From NCBI GenBank assembly GCA_964057225.1, contig OZ059899.1, positions 20,832,001-20,896,000 on the forward strand: a stretch of DNA of 64,000 bases, in the 5' to 3' direction. Positions 11,830 to 26,900 of the stretch are shown piece after piece. Both the position numbers and the translations under genes were made by a program. Positions within the stretch are counted from its first letter, which is position 1. Each line of letters starts with the position of its first letter. The notes under the pieces are model-generated. The model was not told where the DNA came from. It saw only the letters and a list, made by a program, of their open reading frames with translations, and did not search any database. The DNA is from Auanema rhodensis (Eukaryota; Animalia; Nematoda).

Positions 11830-14637
11830 TTGAAAAATGATGCATTAGTGTATGTTGAGTTTCCATGTACACTCAACATTGCTTCCAAAAACATTTTGAC
11901 AAAAATTTTTCCGAAAAATTTCGGAAAAATTTCGCGAAAAGTAGATGTTTCTAGATTCCTTTTTTCAAGGCAAAGACGATGGACAATGTTATTCAACGAA
12001 AAAATTATTTCTGCAGGGTGAAAATCGAGGATATAAGTGTGAACTTATATCAGTTGATATCTCGGTGCATTTTTAAGCTAGCGCAAATCTGATAACACAG
12101 ATCGATGCAGCTTAAAAATCCGCATCGAATGCACTATACAACATTGAGAAACGCTCAATACAAAAATTAGTTATGATCGTTTGAAAAATGATGCATTAGT
12201 GTATGTTGAGTTTCCATGTACACTCAACATTGCTTCCAAAAACATTTTGATAAAAATTTTTCCGAAAAATTTCAAAATAATTTCGCGAAAAGTAGATGTT
12301 TTTAGATTCCTTTTTTCAAGGCAAAGAAGATGGACAATGTTATTCAACGAAAAAATTAATTCTGCAGGGTGAAAATCGAGGATATAAGTGTGAACTTATA
12401 TCAGTTGATATCTCGGTGCATTTTTAAGCTAGCGCAAATCTGATAACACAGATCGACGCAGCTTAAAAATCCGCATCGAATGCACTATACAACATTGAGA
12501 AACGCTTAATACAAAAATTAGTTATGATCGTTTGAAAAATGATGCATTAGTGTATGTTGAGTTTCCATGTACACTCAACATTGCTTCCAAAAACATTTTG
12601 ACAAAAATTTTTCCGAAAAATTTCAAAATAATTTCGCGAAAAGTAGATGTTTTTAGATTCCTTTTTTCAAGGCAAAGACGATGGACAATGTTATTCAACG
12701 AAAAAATTATTTCTGCAGGGTGAAAATCGAGGATATAAGTGTGAACTTATATCAGTTGATATCTCGGTGCATTTTTAAGCTAGCGCAAATTTGATAATAC
12801 AGATCGACGCAGCTTAAAAATCCGCATCGAATGCACTATACAACATTGAGAAACGCTTGATACAAAAATTAGTTATGATCGTTTGAAAAATGATGCATTA
12901 GTGTATGTTGAGTTTCCATGTACACTCAACATAGCTTCCAAAAACATTTTGACAAAAATTTTTCCGAAAAATTTCGAAATAAATTTGCAAAAAGTAGATG
13001 TTTTTAGATTACTTTTTTCAAGGCGAAGACGATGGACAATGTTATTCAACGAAAAAATTAATTCTGCAGGGTGAAAATCGAGGATATAAGTGTGAACTTA
13101 TATCAGTTGATATCTCGGTGCATTTTTAAGCTAGCGCAAATCTGATAACACAGATCGACGCAGCTTAAAAATCCGCATCGAATGCACTATACAACATTGA
13201 AAAACGCTTAATACAAAAATTAGTTATGATCGTTTGAAAAATGATGCATTAGTGTATGTTGAGTTTCCATGTACACTCAACATTGCTTCCAAAAACATTT
13301 TGACAAAAATTTTTCCGAAAAATTTCAAAATAATTTCGCGAAAAGTAGATGTTTTTAGATTCCTTTTTTCAAGGCAAAGACGATGGACAATGTTATTCAA
13401 CGAAAAAATTATTTCTGCAGGGTGAAAATCGAGGATATAAGTGTGAACTTATATCAGTTGATATCTCGGTGCATTTTTAAGCTAGCGCAAATTTGATAAT
13501 ACAGATCGACGCAGCTTAAAAATCCGCATCGAATGCACTATACAACATTGAGAAACGCTTGATACAAAAATTAGTTATGATCGTTTGAAAAATGATGCAT
13601 TAGTGTATGTTGAGTTTCCATGTACACTCAACATTGCTTCCAAAAACATTTTGACAAAAATTTTTCCGAAAAATTTCAAAATAATTTCGCGAAAAGTAGA
13701 TGTTTTTAGATTCCTTTTTTCAAGGCAAAGACGATGGACAATGTTATTCAACGAAAAAATTATTTCTGCAGGGTGAAAATCGAGGATATAAGTGTGAACT
13801 TATATCAGTTGATATCTCGGTGCATTTTTAAGCTAGCGCAAATCTGATAACACAGATCGACGCAGCTTAAAAATCCGCATCGAATGCACTATACAACATT
13901 GAGAAACGCTCAATACAAAAATTAGTTATGATCGTTTGAAAAATGATGCATTAGTGTATGTTGAGTTTCCATGTACACTCAACATAGCTTCCAAAAACAT
14001 TTTGACAAAAATTTTTCCGAAAAATTTCGAAATAAATTTGCAAAAAGTAGATGTTTTTAGATTACTTTTTTCAAGGCGAAGACGATGGACAATGTTATTC
14101 AACGAAAAAATTAATTCTGCAGGGTGAAAATCGAGGATATAAGTGTGAACTTATATCAGTTGATATCTCGGTGCATTTTTAAGCTAGCGCAAATCTGATA
14201 ACACAGATCGACGCAGCTTAAAAATCCGCATCGAATGCACTATACAACATTGAGAAACGCTTAATACAAAAATTAGTTATGATCGTTTGAAAAATGATGC
14301 ATTAGTGTATGTTGAGTTTCCATGTACACTCAACATTGCTTCCAAAAACATTTTGACAAAAATTTTTCCGAAAAATTTCAAAATAATTTCGCGAAAAGTA
14401 GATGTTTTTAGATTCCTTTTTTCAAGGCGAAGACGATGGACAATGTTATTCAACGAAAAAATTATTTCTGCAGGGTGAAAATCGAGGATATAAGTGTGAA
14501 CTTATATCAGTTGATATCTCGGTGCATTTTTAAGCTAGCGCAAATCTGATAACACAGATCGACGCAGCTTAAAAATCCGCATCGAATGCACTATACAACA
14601 TTGAGAAACGCTTGATACAAAAATTAGTTATGATCGT

Positions 14638-14964
14638 TTGAAAAATGATGCATTAGTGTATGTTGAGTTTCCATGTACACTCAACATTGCTTCCAAAAAC
14701 ATTTTGACAAAAATTTCGCGAAAAGTAGATGTTTTTAGATTCCTTTTTTCAAGGCAAAGACGATGGACAATGTTATTCAACGAAAAAATTATTTCTGCAG
14801 GGTGAAAATCGAGGATATAAGTGTGAACTTATATCAGTTGATATCTCGGTGCATTTTTAAGCTAGCGCAAATCTGATAACACAGATCGACGCAGCTTAAA
14901 AATCCGCATCGAATGCACTATACTACATTGAGAAACGCTCAATAGAAAAATTAGTTATGATCGT
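14638..14964 (+). repeat. 327-bp deletion monomer (24-bp deletion), copy 2
   Basis: The same junction occurs at 14,706-14,725, 3135 bp (8 x 351 + 327) after copy 1. Confidence 0.95.
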
Positions 14965-17900
14965 TTGAAAAATGATGCATTAGTGTATGTTGAGTTTCCA
15001 TGTACACTCAACATTGCTTCCAAAAACATTTTGACAAAAATTTTTCCGAAAAATTTCGGAAAAATTTCGCGAAAAGTAGATGTTTCTAGATTCCTTTTTT
15101 CAAGGCAAAGACGATGGACAATGTTATTCAACGAAAAAATTATTTCTGCAGGGTGAAAATCGAGGATATAAGTGTGAACTTATATCAGTTGATATCTCGG
15201 TGCATTTTTAAGCTAGCGCAAATCTGATAACACAGATCGATGCAGCTTAAAAATCCGCATCGAATGCACTATACAACATTGAGAAACGCTCAATACAAAA
15301 ATTAGTTATGATCGTTTGAAAAATGATGCATTAGTGTATGTTGAGTTTCCATGTACACTCAACATTGCTTCCAAAAACATTTTGATAAAAATTTTTCCGA
15401 AAAATTTCAAAATAATTTCGCGAAAAGTAGATGTTTTTAGATTCCTTTTTTCAAGGCAAAGAAGATGGACAATGTTATTCAACGAAAAAATTAATTCTGC
15501 AGGGTGAAAATCGAGGATATAAGTGTGAACTTATATCAGTTGATATCTCGGTGCATTTTTAAGCTAGCGCAAATCTGATAACACAGATCGACGCAGCTTA
15601 AAAATCCGCATCGAATGCACTATACAACATTGAGAAACGCTTAATACAAAAATTAGTTATGATCGTTTGAAAAATGATGCATTAGTGTATGTTGAGTTTC
15701 CATGTACACTCAACATTGCTTCCAAAAACATTTTGACAAAAATTTTTCCGAAAAATTTCAAAATAATTTCGCGAAAAGTAGATGTTTTTAGATTCCTTTT
15801 TTCAAGGCAAAGACGATGGACAATGTTATTCAACGAAAAAATTATTTCTGCAGGGTGAAAATCGAGGATATAAGTGTGAACTTATATCAGTTGATATCTC
15901 GGTGCATTTTTAAGCTAGCGCAAATTTGATAATACAGATCGACGCAGCTTAAAAATCCGCATCGAATGCACTATACAACATTGAGAAACGCTTGATACAA
16001 AAATTAGTTATGATCGTTTGAAAAATGATGCATTAGTGTATGTTGAGTTTCCATGTACACTCAACATTGCTTCCAAAAACATTTTGACAAAAATTTTTCC
16101 GAAAAATTTCAAAATAATTTCGCGAAAAGTAGATGTTTTTAGATTCCTTTTTTCAAGGCAAAGACGATGGACAATGTTATTCAACGAAAAAATTATTTCT
16201 GCAGGGTGAAAATCGAGGATATAAGTGTGAACTTATATCAGTTGATATCTCGGTGCATTTTTAAGCTAGCGCAAATCTGATAACACAGATCGACGCAGCT
16301 TAAAAATCCGCATCGAATGCACTATACAACATTGAGAAACGCTCAATACAAAAATTAGTTATGATCGTTTGAAAAATGATGCATTAGTGTATGTTGAGTT
16401 TCCATGTACACTCAACATTGCTTCCAAAAACATTTTGACAAAAATTTTTCCGAAAAATTTCAAAATAATTTCGCGAAAAGTAGATGTTTTTAGATTCCTT
16501 TTTTCAAGGCAAAGAAGATGGACAATGTTATTCAACGAAAAAATTAATTCTGCAGGGTGAAAATCGAGGATATAAGTGTGAACTTATATCAGTTGATATC
16601 TCGGTGCATTTTTAAGCTAGCGCAAATCTGATAACACAGATCGACGCAGCTTAAAAATCCGCATCGAATGCACTATACAACATTGAGAAACGCTTAATAC
16701 AAAAATTAGTTATGATCGTTTGAAAAATGATGCATTAGTGTATGTTGAGTTTCCATGTACACTCAACATTGCTTCCAAAAACATTTTGACAAAAATTTTT
16801 CCGAAAAATTTCAAAATAATTTCGCGAAAAGTAGATGTTTTTAGATTCCTTTTTTCAAGGCAAAGACGATGGACAATGTTATTCAACGAAAAAATTATTT
16901 CTGCAGGGTGAAAATCGAGGATATAAGTGTGAACTTATATCAGTTGATATCTCGGTGCATTTTTAAGCTAGCGCAAATTTGATAATACAGATCGACGCAG
17001 CTTAAAAATCCGCATCGAATGCACTATACAACATTGAGAAACGCTTGATACAAAAATTAGTTATGATCGTTTGAAAAATGATGCATTAGTGTATGTTGAG
17101 TTTCCATGTACACTCAACATTGCTTCCAAAAACATTTTGACAAAAATTTTTCCGAAAAATTTCAAAATAATTTCGCGAACAGTAGATGTTTTTAGACTCC
17201 TTTTTTCAAGGCAAAGACGATGGACAATGTTATTCAACGAAAAAATTATTTCTGCAGGGTGAAAATCGAGGATATAAGTGTGAACTTATATCAGTTGATA
17301 TCTCGGTGCATTTTTAAGCTAGCGCAAATCTGATAATACAGATCGACGCAGCTTAAAAATCCGCATCGAATGCACTATACTGCATTGAGAAACGCTTAAT
17401 ACAAAAGTTAGTTATGATCGTTTGAAAAATGATGCATTAGTGTATGTTGAGTTTCCATGTACACTCAACATTGCTTCCAAAAACATTTTGACAAAAATTT
17501 TTCCGAAAAATTTCAAAATAATTTCGCGAAAAGTAGATGTTTTTAGATTCCTTTTTTCAAGGCAAAGACGATGGACAATGTTATTCAACGAAAAAATTAT
17601 TTCTGCAGGGTGAAAATCGAGGATATAAGTGTGAACTTATATCAGTTGATATCTCGGTGCATTTTTAAGCTAGCGCAAATTTGATAATACAGATCGACGC
17701 AGCTTAAAAATCCGCATCGAATGCACTATACAACATTGAGAAACGCTTGATACAAAAATTAGTTATGATCGTTTGAAAAATGATGCATTAGTGTATGTTG
17801 AGTTTCCATGTACACTCAACATTGCTTCCAAAAACATTTTGACAAAAATTTTTCCGAAAAATTTCAAAATAATTTCGCGAACAGTAGATGTTTTTAGACT

Positions 17901-20900
17901 CCTTTTTTCAAGGCAAAGACGATGGACAATGTTATTCAACGAAAAAATTATTTCTGCAGGGTGAAAATCGAGGATATAAGTGTGAACTTATATCAGTTGA
18001 TATCTCGGTGCATTTTTAAGCTAGCGCAAATCTGATAATACAGATCGACGCAGCTTAAAAATCCGCATCGAATGCACTATACTGCATTGAGAAACGCTTA
18101 ATACAAAAGTTAGTTATGATCGTTTGAAAAATGATGCATTAGTGTATGTTGAGTTTCCATGTACACTCAACATTGCTTCCAAAAACATTTTGACAAAAAT
18201 TTTTCCGAAAAATTTCAAAATAATTTCGCAAAAAGTAGATGTTTTTAGATTCCTTTTTTAAGGCAAAGACGATGGACAATGTTATTCAACGAAAAAATTA
18301 GTTCTGCAGGGTGAAAATCGAGGATATAAGTGTGAACTTATATCAGTTGATATCTCGGTGCATTTTTAAGCTAGCGCAAAACTGATAACACAGATCGACG
18401 CAGCTTAAAAATCCGCATCGAATGCACTATACAACATTGAGAAACGCTTAATACAAAAATTAGTTATGATCGTTTGAAAAATGATGCATTAGTGTATGTT
18501 GAGTTTCCATGTACACTCAACATAGCTTCCAAAAACATTTTGACAAAAATTTTTCCGAAAAATTTCGAAATAAATTTGCAAAAAGTAGATGTTTTTAGAT
18601 TCCTTTTTTCAAGGCAAAGACGATGGACAATGTTATTCAACGAAAAAATTAATTCTGCAGGGTGAAAATCGAGGATATAAGTGTGAACTTATATCAGTTG
18701 ATATCTCGGTGCATTTTTAAGCTAGCGCAAATCTGATAACACAGATCGACGCAGCTTAAAAATCCGCATCGAATGCACTATACAACATTGAGAAACGCTT
18801 AATACAAAAATTAGTTATGATCGTTTGAAAAATGATGCATTAGTGTATGTTGAGTTTCCATGTACACTCAACATTGCTTCCAAAAACATTTTGACAAAAA
18901 TTTTTCCGAAAAATTTTAAAATAATTTCGCAAAAAGTAGATGTTTTTAGATTCCTTTTTTCAAGGCAAAGACGATGGACAATGTTATTCAACGAAAAAAA
19001 TAATTCTGCAGGGTGAAAATCGAGGATATAAGTGTGAACTTATATCAGTTGATATCTCGGTGCATTTTTAAGCTAGCGCAAAACTGATAACACAGATCGA
19101 CGCAGCTTGAAAATCCGCATCAAATGCACTATACAACATTGAGAAACGCTTAATACAAAAATTAGTTATGATCGTTTGAAAAATGATGCATTAGTGTATG
19201 TTGAGTTTCCATGTACACTCAACATTGCTTCCAAAAACATTTTGACAAAAATTTTTCCGAAAAATTTCAAAATAATTTCGCGAAAAGTAGATGTTTTTAG
19301 ATTCCTTTTTTCAAGGCAAAGAAGATGGACAATGTTATTCAACGAAAAAATTAATTCTGCAGGGTGAAAATCGAGGATATAAGTGTGAACTTATATCAGT
19401 TGATATCTCGGTGCATTTTTAAGCTAGCGCAAATCTGATAACACAGATCGACGCAGCTTAAAAATCCGCATCGAATGCACTATACAACATTGAGAAACGC
19501 TTAATACAAAAATTAGTTATGATCGTTTGAAAAATGATGCATTAGTGTATGTTGAGTTTCCATGTACACTCAACATTGCTTCCAAAAACATTTTGACAAA
19601 AATTTTTCCGAAAAATTTCAAAATAATTTCGCGAAAAGTAGATGTTTTTAGATTCCTTTTTTCAAGGCAAAGACGATGGACAATGTTATTCAACGAAAAA
19701 ATTATTTCTGCAGGGTGAAAATCGAGGATATAAGTGTGAACTTATATCAGTTGATATCTCGGTGCATTTTTAAGCTAGCGCAAATTTGATAATACAGATC
19801 GACGCAGCTTAAAAATCCGCATCGAATGCACTATACAACATTGAGAAACGCTTGATACAAAAATTAGTTATGATCGTTTGAAAAATGATGCATTAGTGTA
19901 TGTTGAGTTTCCATGTACACTCAACATTGCTTCCAAAAACATTTTGACAAAAATTTTTCCGAAAAATTTCAAAATAATTTCGCGAAAAGTAGATGTTTTT
20001 AGATTCCTTTTTTCAAGGCAAAGACGATGGACAATGTTATTCAACGAAAAAATTATTTCTGCAGGGTGAAAATCGAGGATATAAGTGTGAACTTATATCA
20101 GTTGATATCTCGGTGCATTTTTAAGCTAGCGCAAATCTGATAACACAGATCGACGCAGCTTAAAAATCCGCATCGAATGCACTATACAACATTGAGAAAC
20201 GCTCAATACAAAAATTAGTTATGATCGTTTGAAAAATGATGCATTAGTGTATGTTGAGTTTCCATGTACACTCAACATTGCTTCCAAAAACATTTTGACA
20301 AAAATTTTTCCGAAAAATTTCGAAATAAATTTGCAAAAAGTAGATGTTTTTAGATTCCTTTTTTCAAGGCAAAGACGATGGACAATGTTATTCAACGAAA
20401 AAATTAATTCTGCAGGGTGAAAATCGAGGATATAAGTGTGAACTTATATCAGTTGATATCTCGGTGCATTTTTAAGCTAGCGCAAATCTGATAACAAAGA
20501 TCGACGCAGCTTAAAAATCCGCATCGAATGCACTATACAACATTGAGAAACGCTTGATACAAAAATTAGTTATGATCGTTTGAAAAATGATGCATTAGTG
20601 TATGTTGAGTTTCCATGTACACTCAACATTGCTTCCAAAAACATTTTGACAAAAATTTTTCCGAAAAATTTCAAAATAATTTCGCGAACAGTAGATGTTT
20701 TTAGACTCCTTTTTTCAAGGCAAAGACGATGGACAATGTTATTCAACGAAAAAATTATTTCTGCAGGGTGAAAATCGAGGATATAAGTGTGAACTTATAT
20801 CAGTTGATATCTCGGTGCATTTTTAAGCTAGCGCAAATCTGATAATACAGATCGACGCAGCTTAAAAATCCGCATCGAATGCACTATACTGCATTGAGAA

Positions 20901-23900
20901 ACGCTTAATACAAAAGTTAGTTATGATCGTTTGAAAAATGATGCATTAGTGTATGTTGAGTTTCCATGTACACTCAACATTGCTTCCAAAAACATTTTGA
21001 CAAAAATTTTTCCGAAAAATTTCAAAATAATTTCGCAAAAAGTAGATGTTTTTAGATTCCTTTTTTAAGGCAAAGACGATGGACTATGTTATTCAACGAA
21101 AAAATTAGTTCTGCAGGGTGAAAATCGAGGATATAAGTGTGAACTTATATCAGTTGATATCTCGGTGCATTTTTAAGCTAGCGCAAAACTGATAACACAG
21201 ATCGACGCAGCTTAAAAATCCGCATCGAATGCACTATACAACATTGAGAAACGCTTAATACAAAAATTAGTTATGATCGTTTGAAAAATGATGCATTAGT
21301 GTATGTTGAGTTTCCATGTACACTCAACATAGCTTCCAAAAACATTTTGACAAAAATTTTTCCGAAAAATTTCGAGATAAATTTGCAAAAAGTAGATGTT
21401 TTTAGATTTCTTTTTTCAAGGCAAATACGATGGACAATGTTATTCAACGAAAAAATTATTTCTGCAGGGTGAAAATCGAGGATATAAGTGTGAACTTATA
21501 TCAGTTGATATCTCGGTGCATTTTTAAGCTAGCGCAAAACTGATAACACAGATCGACGCAGCTTAAAAATCCGCATCGAATGCACTATACAACATTGAGA
21601 AACGCTTAATACAAAAATTAGTTATGATCGTTTGAAAAATGATGCATTAGTGTATGTTGAGTTTCCATGTACACTCAACATAGCTTCCAAAAACATTTTG
21701 ACAAAAATTTTTCCGAAAAATTTCGAAATAAATTTGCAAAAAGTAGATGTTTTTAGATTTCTTTTTTCAAGGCAAATACGATGGACAATGTTATTCAACG
21801 AAAAAATTATTTCTGCAGGGTGAAAATCGAGGATATAAGTGTGAACTTATATCAGTTGATATCTCGGTGCATTTTTAAGCTAGCGCAAATCTGATAACAC
21901 AGATCGACGCAGCTTGAAAATTTGCATCGAATGCACTATACAACATTGAGAAACGCTTGATACAAAAATTAGTTATGATCGTTTGAAAAATGATGCATTA
22001 GTGTATGTTGAGTTTCCATGTACACTCAACATTGCTTCCAAAAACATTTTGATAAAAATTTTTCCGAAAAATTTCGAAAAAATTTCGCGAAAAGTAGATG
22101 TTTTTAGATTCCTTTTTTCAAGGTAAAGACGATGGACAATGTTATTCAACGAAAAAATTATTTCTGCAGGGTGAAAATCGAGGATATAAGTGTGAACTTA
22201 TATCAGTTGATATCTCGGTGCATTTTTAAGCTAGCGCAAATCTGATAACACAGATCGACGCAGCTTGAAAATCCGCATCAAATGCACTATACAACATTGA
22301 GAAACGCTTAATACAAAAATTAGTTATGATCGTTTGAAAAATGATGCATTAGTGTATGTTGAGTTTCCATGTACACTCAACATTGCTTCCAAAAACATTT
22401 TGACAAAAATTTTTCCGAAAAATTTTAAAATAATTTCGCAAAAAGTAGATGTTTTTAGATTCCTTTTCCCAAAGCAAAGACGATGGACAATGTTATTCAA
22501 CGAAAAAATTAATTCTGCAGGGTGAAAATCGAGGATATAAGTGTGAACTTATATCAGTTGATATCTCGGTGCATTTTTAAGCTAGCGCAAATCTGATAAC
22601 ACAGATCGACGCAGCTTGAAAATCCGCATCAAATGCACTATACAACATTGAGAAACGCTTAATACAAAAATTAGTTATGATCGTTTGAAAAATGATGCAT
22701 TAGTGTATGTTGAGTTTCCATGTACACTCAACATTGCTTCCAAAAACATTTTGACAAAAATTTTTCCTAAAAATTTCGAAAAAATTTCGCGAAAAGTAGA
22801 TGTTTTTAGATTCCTTTTCCCAAGGCAAAGACGATGGACAATGTTATTCAACGGAAAAATTAATTCTGCAGGGTGAAAATCGAGGATATAAGTGTGAACT
22901 TATATCAGTTGATATCTCGGTGCATTTTTAAGCTAGCGCAAATCTGATAACACAGATCGACGCAGCTTAAAAATCCGCATCGAATGCACTATACCACATT
23001 GAGAAACGCTTAATACAAAAATTAGTTATGATCGTTTGAAAAATGATGCATTAGTGTATGTTGAGTTTCCATGTACACTCAACATTGCTTCCAAAAACAT
23101 TTTGACAAAAATTTTTCCGAAAAATTTCAAAATAATTTCGCGAAAAGTAGATGTTTTTAGATTCCTTTTTTCAAGGCAAAGACGATGGACAATGTTATTC
23201 AACGAAAAAATTATTTCTGCAGGGTGAAAATCGAGGATATAAGTGTGAACTTATATCAGTTGATATCTCGGTGCATTTTTAAGCTAGCGCAAATCTGATA
23301 ATACAGATCGACGCAGCTTAAAAATCCGCATCGAATGCACTATACTACATTGAGAAACGCTTGATACAAAAATTAGGTATGATCGTTTGAAAAATGATGC
23401 ATTAGTGTATGTTGAGTTTCCATGTACACTCAACATTGCTTCCAAAAACATTTTGACAAAAATTTTTCCGAAAAATTTCAAAATAATTTCGCGAAAAGTA
23501 GATGTTTTTAGATTCCTTTTTTCAAGGCAAAGACGATGGACAATGTTATTCAACGAAAAAATTATTTCTGCAGGGTGAAAATCGAGGATATAAGTGTGAA
23601 CTTATATCAGTTGATATCTCGGTGCATTTTTAAGCTAGCGCAAATCTGATAACACAGATCGACGCAGCTTGAAAATCCGCATCAAATGCACTATACAACA
23701 TTGAGAAACGCTTAATACAAAAATTAGTTATGATCGTTTGAAAAATGATGCATTAGTGTATGTTGAGTTTCCATGTACACTCAACATTGCTTCCAAAAAC
23801 ATTTTGACAAAAATTTTTCCGAAAAATTTCAAAATAATTTCGCGAAAAGTAGATATTTTTAGATTCCTTTTTTCAAGGCAAAGACGATGGACAATGTTAT

Positions 23901-26900
23901 TCAACGAAAAAATTATTTCTGCAGGGTGAAAATCGAGGATATAAGTGTGAACTTATATCAGTTGATATCTCGGTGCATTTTTAAGCTAGCGCAAATCTGA
24001 TAACACAGATCGACGCAGCTTGAAAATCCGCATCAAATGCACTATACAACATTGAGAAACGCTTAATACAAAAATTAGTTATGATCGTTTGAAAAATGAT
24101 GCATTAGTGTATGTTGAGTTTCCATGTACACTCAACATTGCTTCCAAAAACATTTTGACAAAAATTTTTCCGAAAAATTTCGAAAAAATTTCGCGAAAAG
24201 TAGATGTTTTTAGATTCCTTTTCCCAAGGCAAAGACGATGGACAATGTTATTCAACGAAAAAATTAATTCTGCAGGGTGAAAATCGAGGATATAAGTGTG
24301 AACTTATATCAGTTGATATCTCGGTGCATTTTTAAGCTAGCGCAAATCTGATAACACAGATCGACGCAGCTTGAAAATCCGCATCGAATGCACTATACAA
24401 CATTGAGAAACGCTTGATACAAAAATTAGTTATGATCGTTTGAAAAATGATGCATTAGTGTATGTTGAGTTTCCATGTACACTCAACATTGCTTCCAAAA
24501 ACATTTTGACAAAAATTTTTCCGAAAAATTTCGAAAAAATTTCGCGAAAAGTAGATGTTTTTAGATTCCTTTTTTCAAGGCAAAGACGATGGACAATGTT
24601 ATTCAACGAAAAAATTATTTCTGCAGGGTGAAAATCGAGGATATAAGTGTGAACTTATATCAGTTGATATCTCGGTGCATTTTTAAGCTAGCGCAAATCT
24701 GATAACACAGATCGACGCAGCTTGAAAATCCGCATCAAATGCACTATACAACATTGAGAAACGCTTAATACAAAAATTAGTTATGATCGTTTGAAAAATG
24801 ATGCATTAGTGTATGTTGAGTTTCCATGTACACTCAACATTGCTTCCAAAAACATTTTGACAAAAATTTTTCCGAAAAATTTTAAAATAATTTCGCAAAA
24901 AGTAGATGTTTTTAGATTCCTTTTCCCAAAGCAAAGACGATGGACAATGTTATTCAACGAAAAAATTAATTCTGCAGGGTGAAAATCGAGGATATAAGTG
25001 TGAACTTATATCAGTTGATATCTCGGTGCATTTTTAAGCTAGCGCAAATCTGATAACACAGATCGACGCAGCTTGAAAATCCGCATCAAATGCACTATAC
25101 AACATTGAGAAACGCTTAATACAAAAATTAGTTATGATCGTTTGAAAAATGATGCATTAGTGTATGTTGAGTTTCCATGTACACTCAACATTGCTTCCAA
25201 AAACATTTTGACAAAAATTTTTCCTAAAAATTTCGAAAAAATTTCGCGAAAAGTAGATGTTTTTAGATTCCTTTTCCCAAGGCAAAGACGATGGACAATG
25301 TTATTCAACGGAAAAATTAATTCTGCAGGGTGAAAATCGAGGATATAAGTGTGAACTTATATCAGTTGATATCTCGGTGCATTTTTAAGCTAGCGCAAAT
25401 CTGATAACACAGATCGACGCAGCTTGCAAAACCGCATCGAATGCACTATACAACATTGAGAAACGCTTGATACAAAAATTAGTTATGATCGTTTGAAAAA
25501 TGATGCATTAGTGTATGTTGAGTTTCCATGTACACTCAACATTGCTTCCAAAAACATTTTGATAAAAATTTTTCCGAAAAATTTCAAAATAATTTCGCGA
25601 AAAGTAGATGTTTTTAGATTCCTTTTTTCAAGGCAAAGACGATGGACAATGTTATTCAACGAAAAAATTAATTCTCCAGGGTGAAAATCGAGGATATAAG
25701 TGTGAACTTATATCAGTTGATATCTCGGTGCATTTTTAAGCTAGCGCAAATCTGATAATACAGATCGACGCAGCTTAAAAATCCGCATCGAATGCACTAT
25801 ACAACATTGAGAAACGCTTAATACAAAAATTAGTTATGATCGTTTGAAAAATGATGCATTAGTGTATGTTGAGTTTCCATGTACACTCAACATTGCTTCC
25901 AAAAACATTTTGACAAAAATTTTTCCGAAAAATTTCAAAATAATTTCGCGAAAAGTAGATGTTTTTAGATTCCTTTTTTCAAGGCAAAGACGATGGACAA
26001 TGTTATTCAACGAAAAAATTATTTCTGCAGGGTGAAAATCGAGGATATAAGTGTGAACTTATATCAGTTGATATCTCGGTGCATTTTTAAGCTAGCGCAA
26101 ATCTGATAATACAGATCGACGCAGCTTAAAAATCCGCATCGAATGCACTATACAACATTGAGAAACGCTTAATACAAAAATTAGTTATGATCGTTTGAAA
26201 AATGATGCATTAGTGTATGTTGAGTTTCCATGTACACTCAACATTGCTTCCAAAAACATTTTGACAAAAATTTTTCCGAAAAATTTCAAAATAATTTCGC
26301 GAAAAGTAGATGTTTTTAGATTCCTTTTTTCAAGGCAAAGACGATGGACAATGTTATTCAACGAAAAAATTATTTCTGCAGGGTGAAAATCGAGGATATA
26401 AGTGTGAACTTATATCAGTTGATATCTCGGTGCATTTTTAAGCTAGCGCAAATCTGATAATACAGATCGACGCAGCTTAAAAATCCGCATCGAATGCACT
26501 ATACAACATTGAGAAACGCTTAATACAAAAATTAGTTATGATCGTTTGAAAAATGATGCATTAGTGTATGTTGAGTTTCCATGTACACTCAACATTGCTT
26601 CCAAAAACATTTTGACAAAAATTTTTCCGAAAAATTTCAAAATAATTTCGCGAAAAGTAGATGTTTTTAGATTCCTTTTTTCAAGGCAAAGACGATGGAC
26701 AATGTTATTCAACGAAAAAATTATTTCTGCAGGGTGAAAATCGAGGATATAAGTGTGAACTTATATCAGTTGATATCTCGGTGCATTTTTAAGCTAGCGC
26801 AAATCTGATAATACAGATCGACGCAGCTTAAAAATCCGCATCGAATGCACTATACTACATTGAGAAACGCTTGATACAAAAATTAGTTATGATCGTTTGA

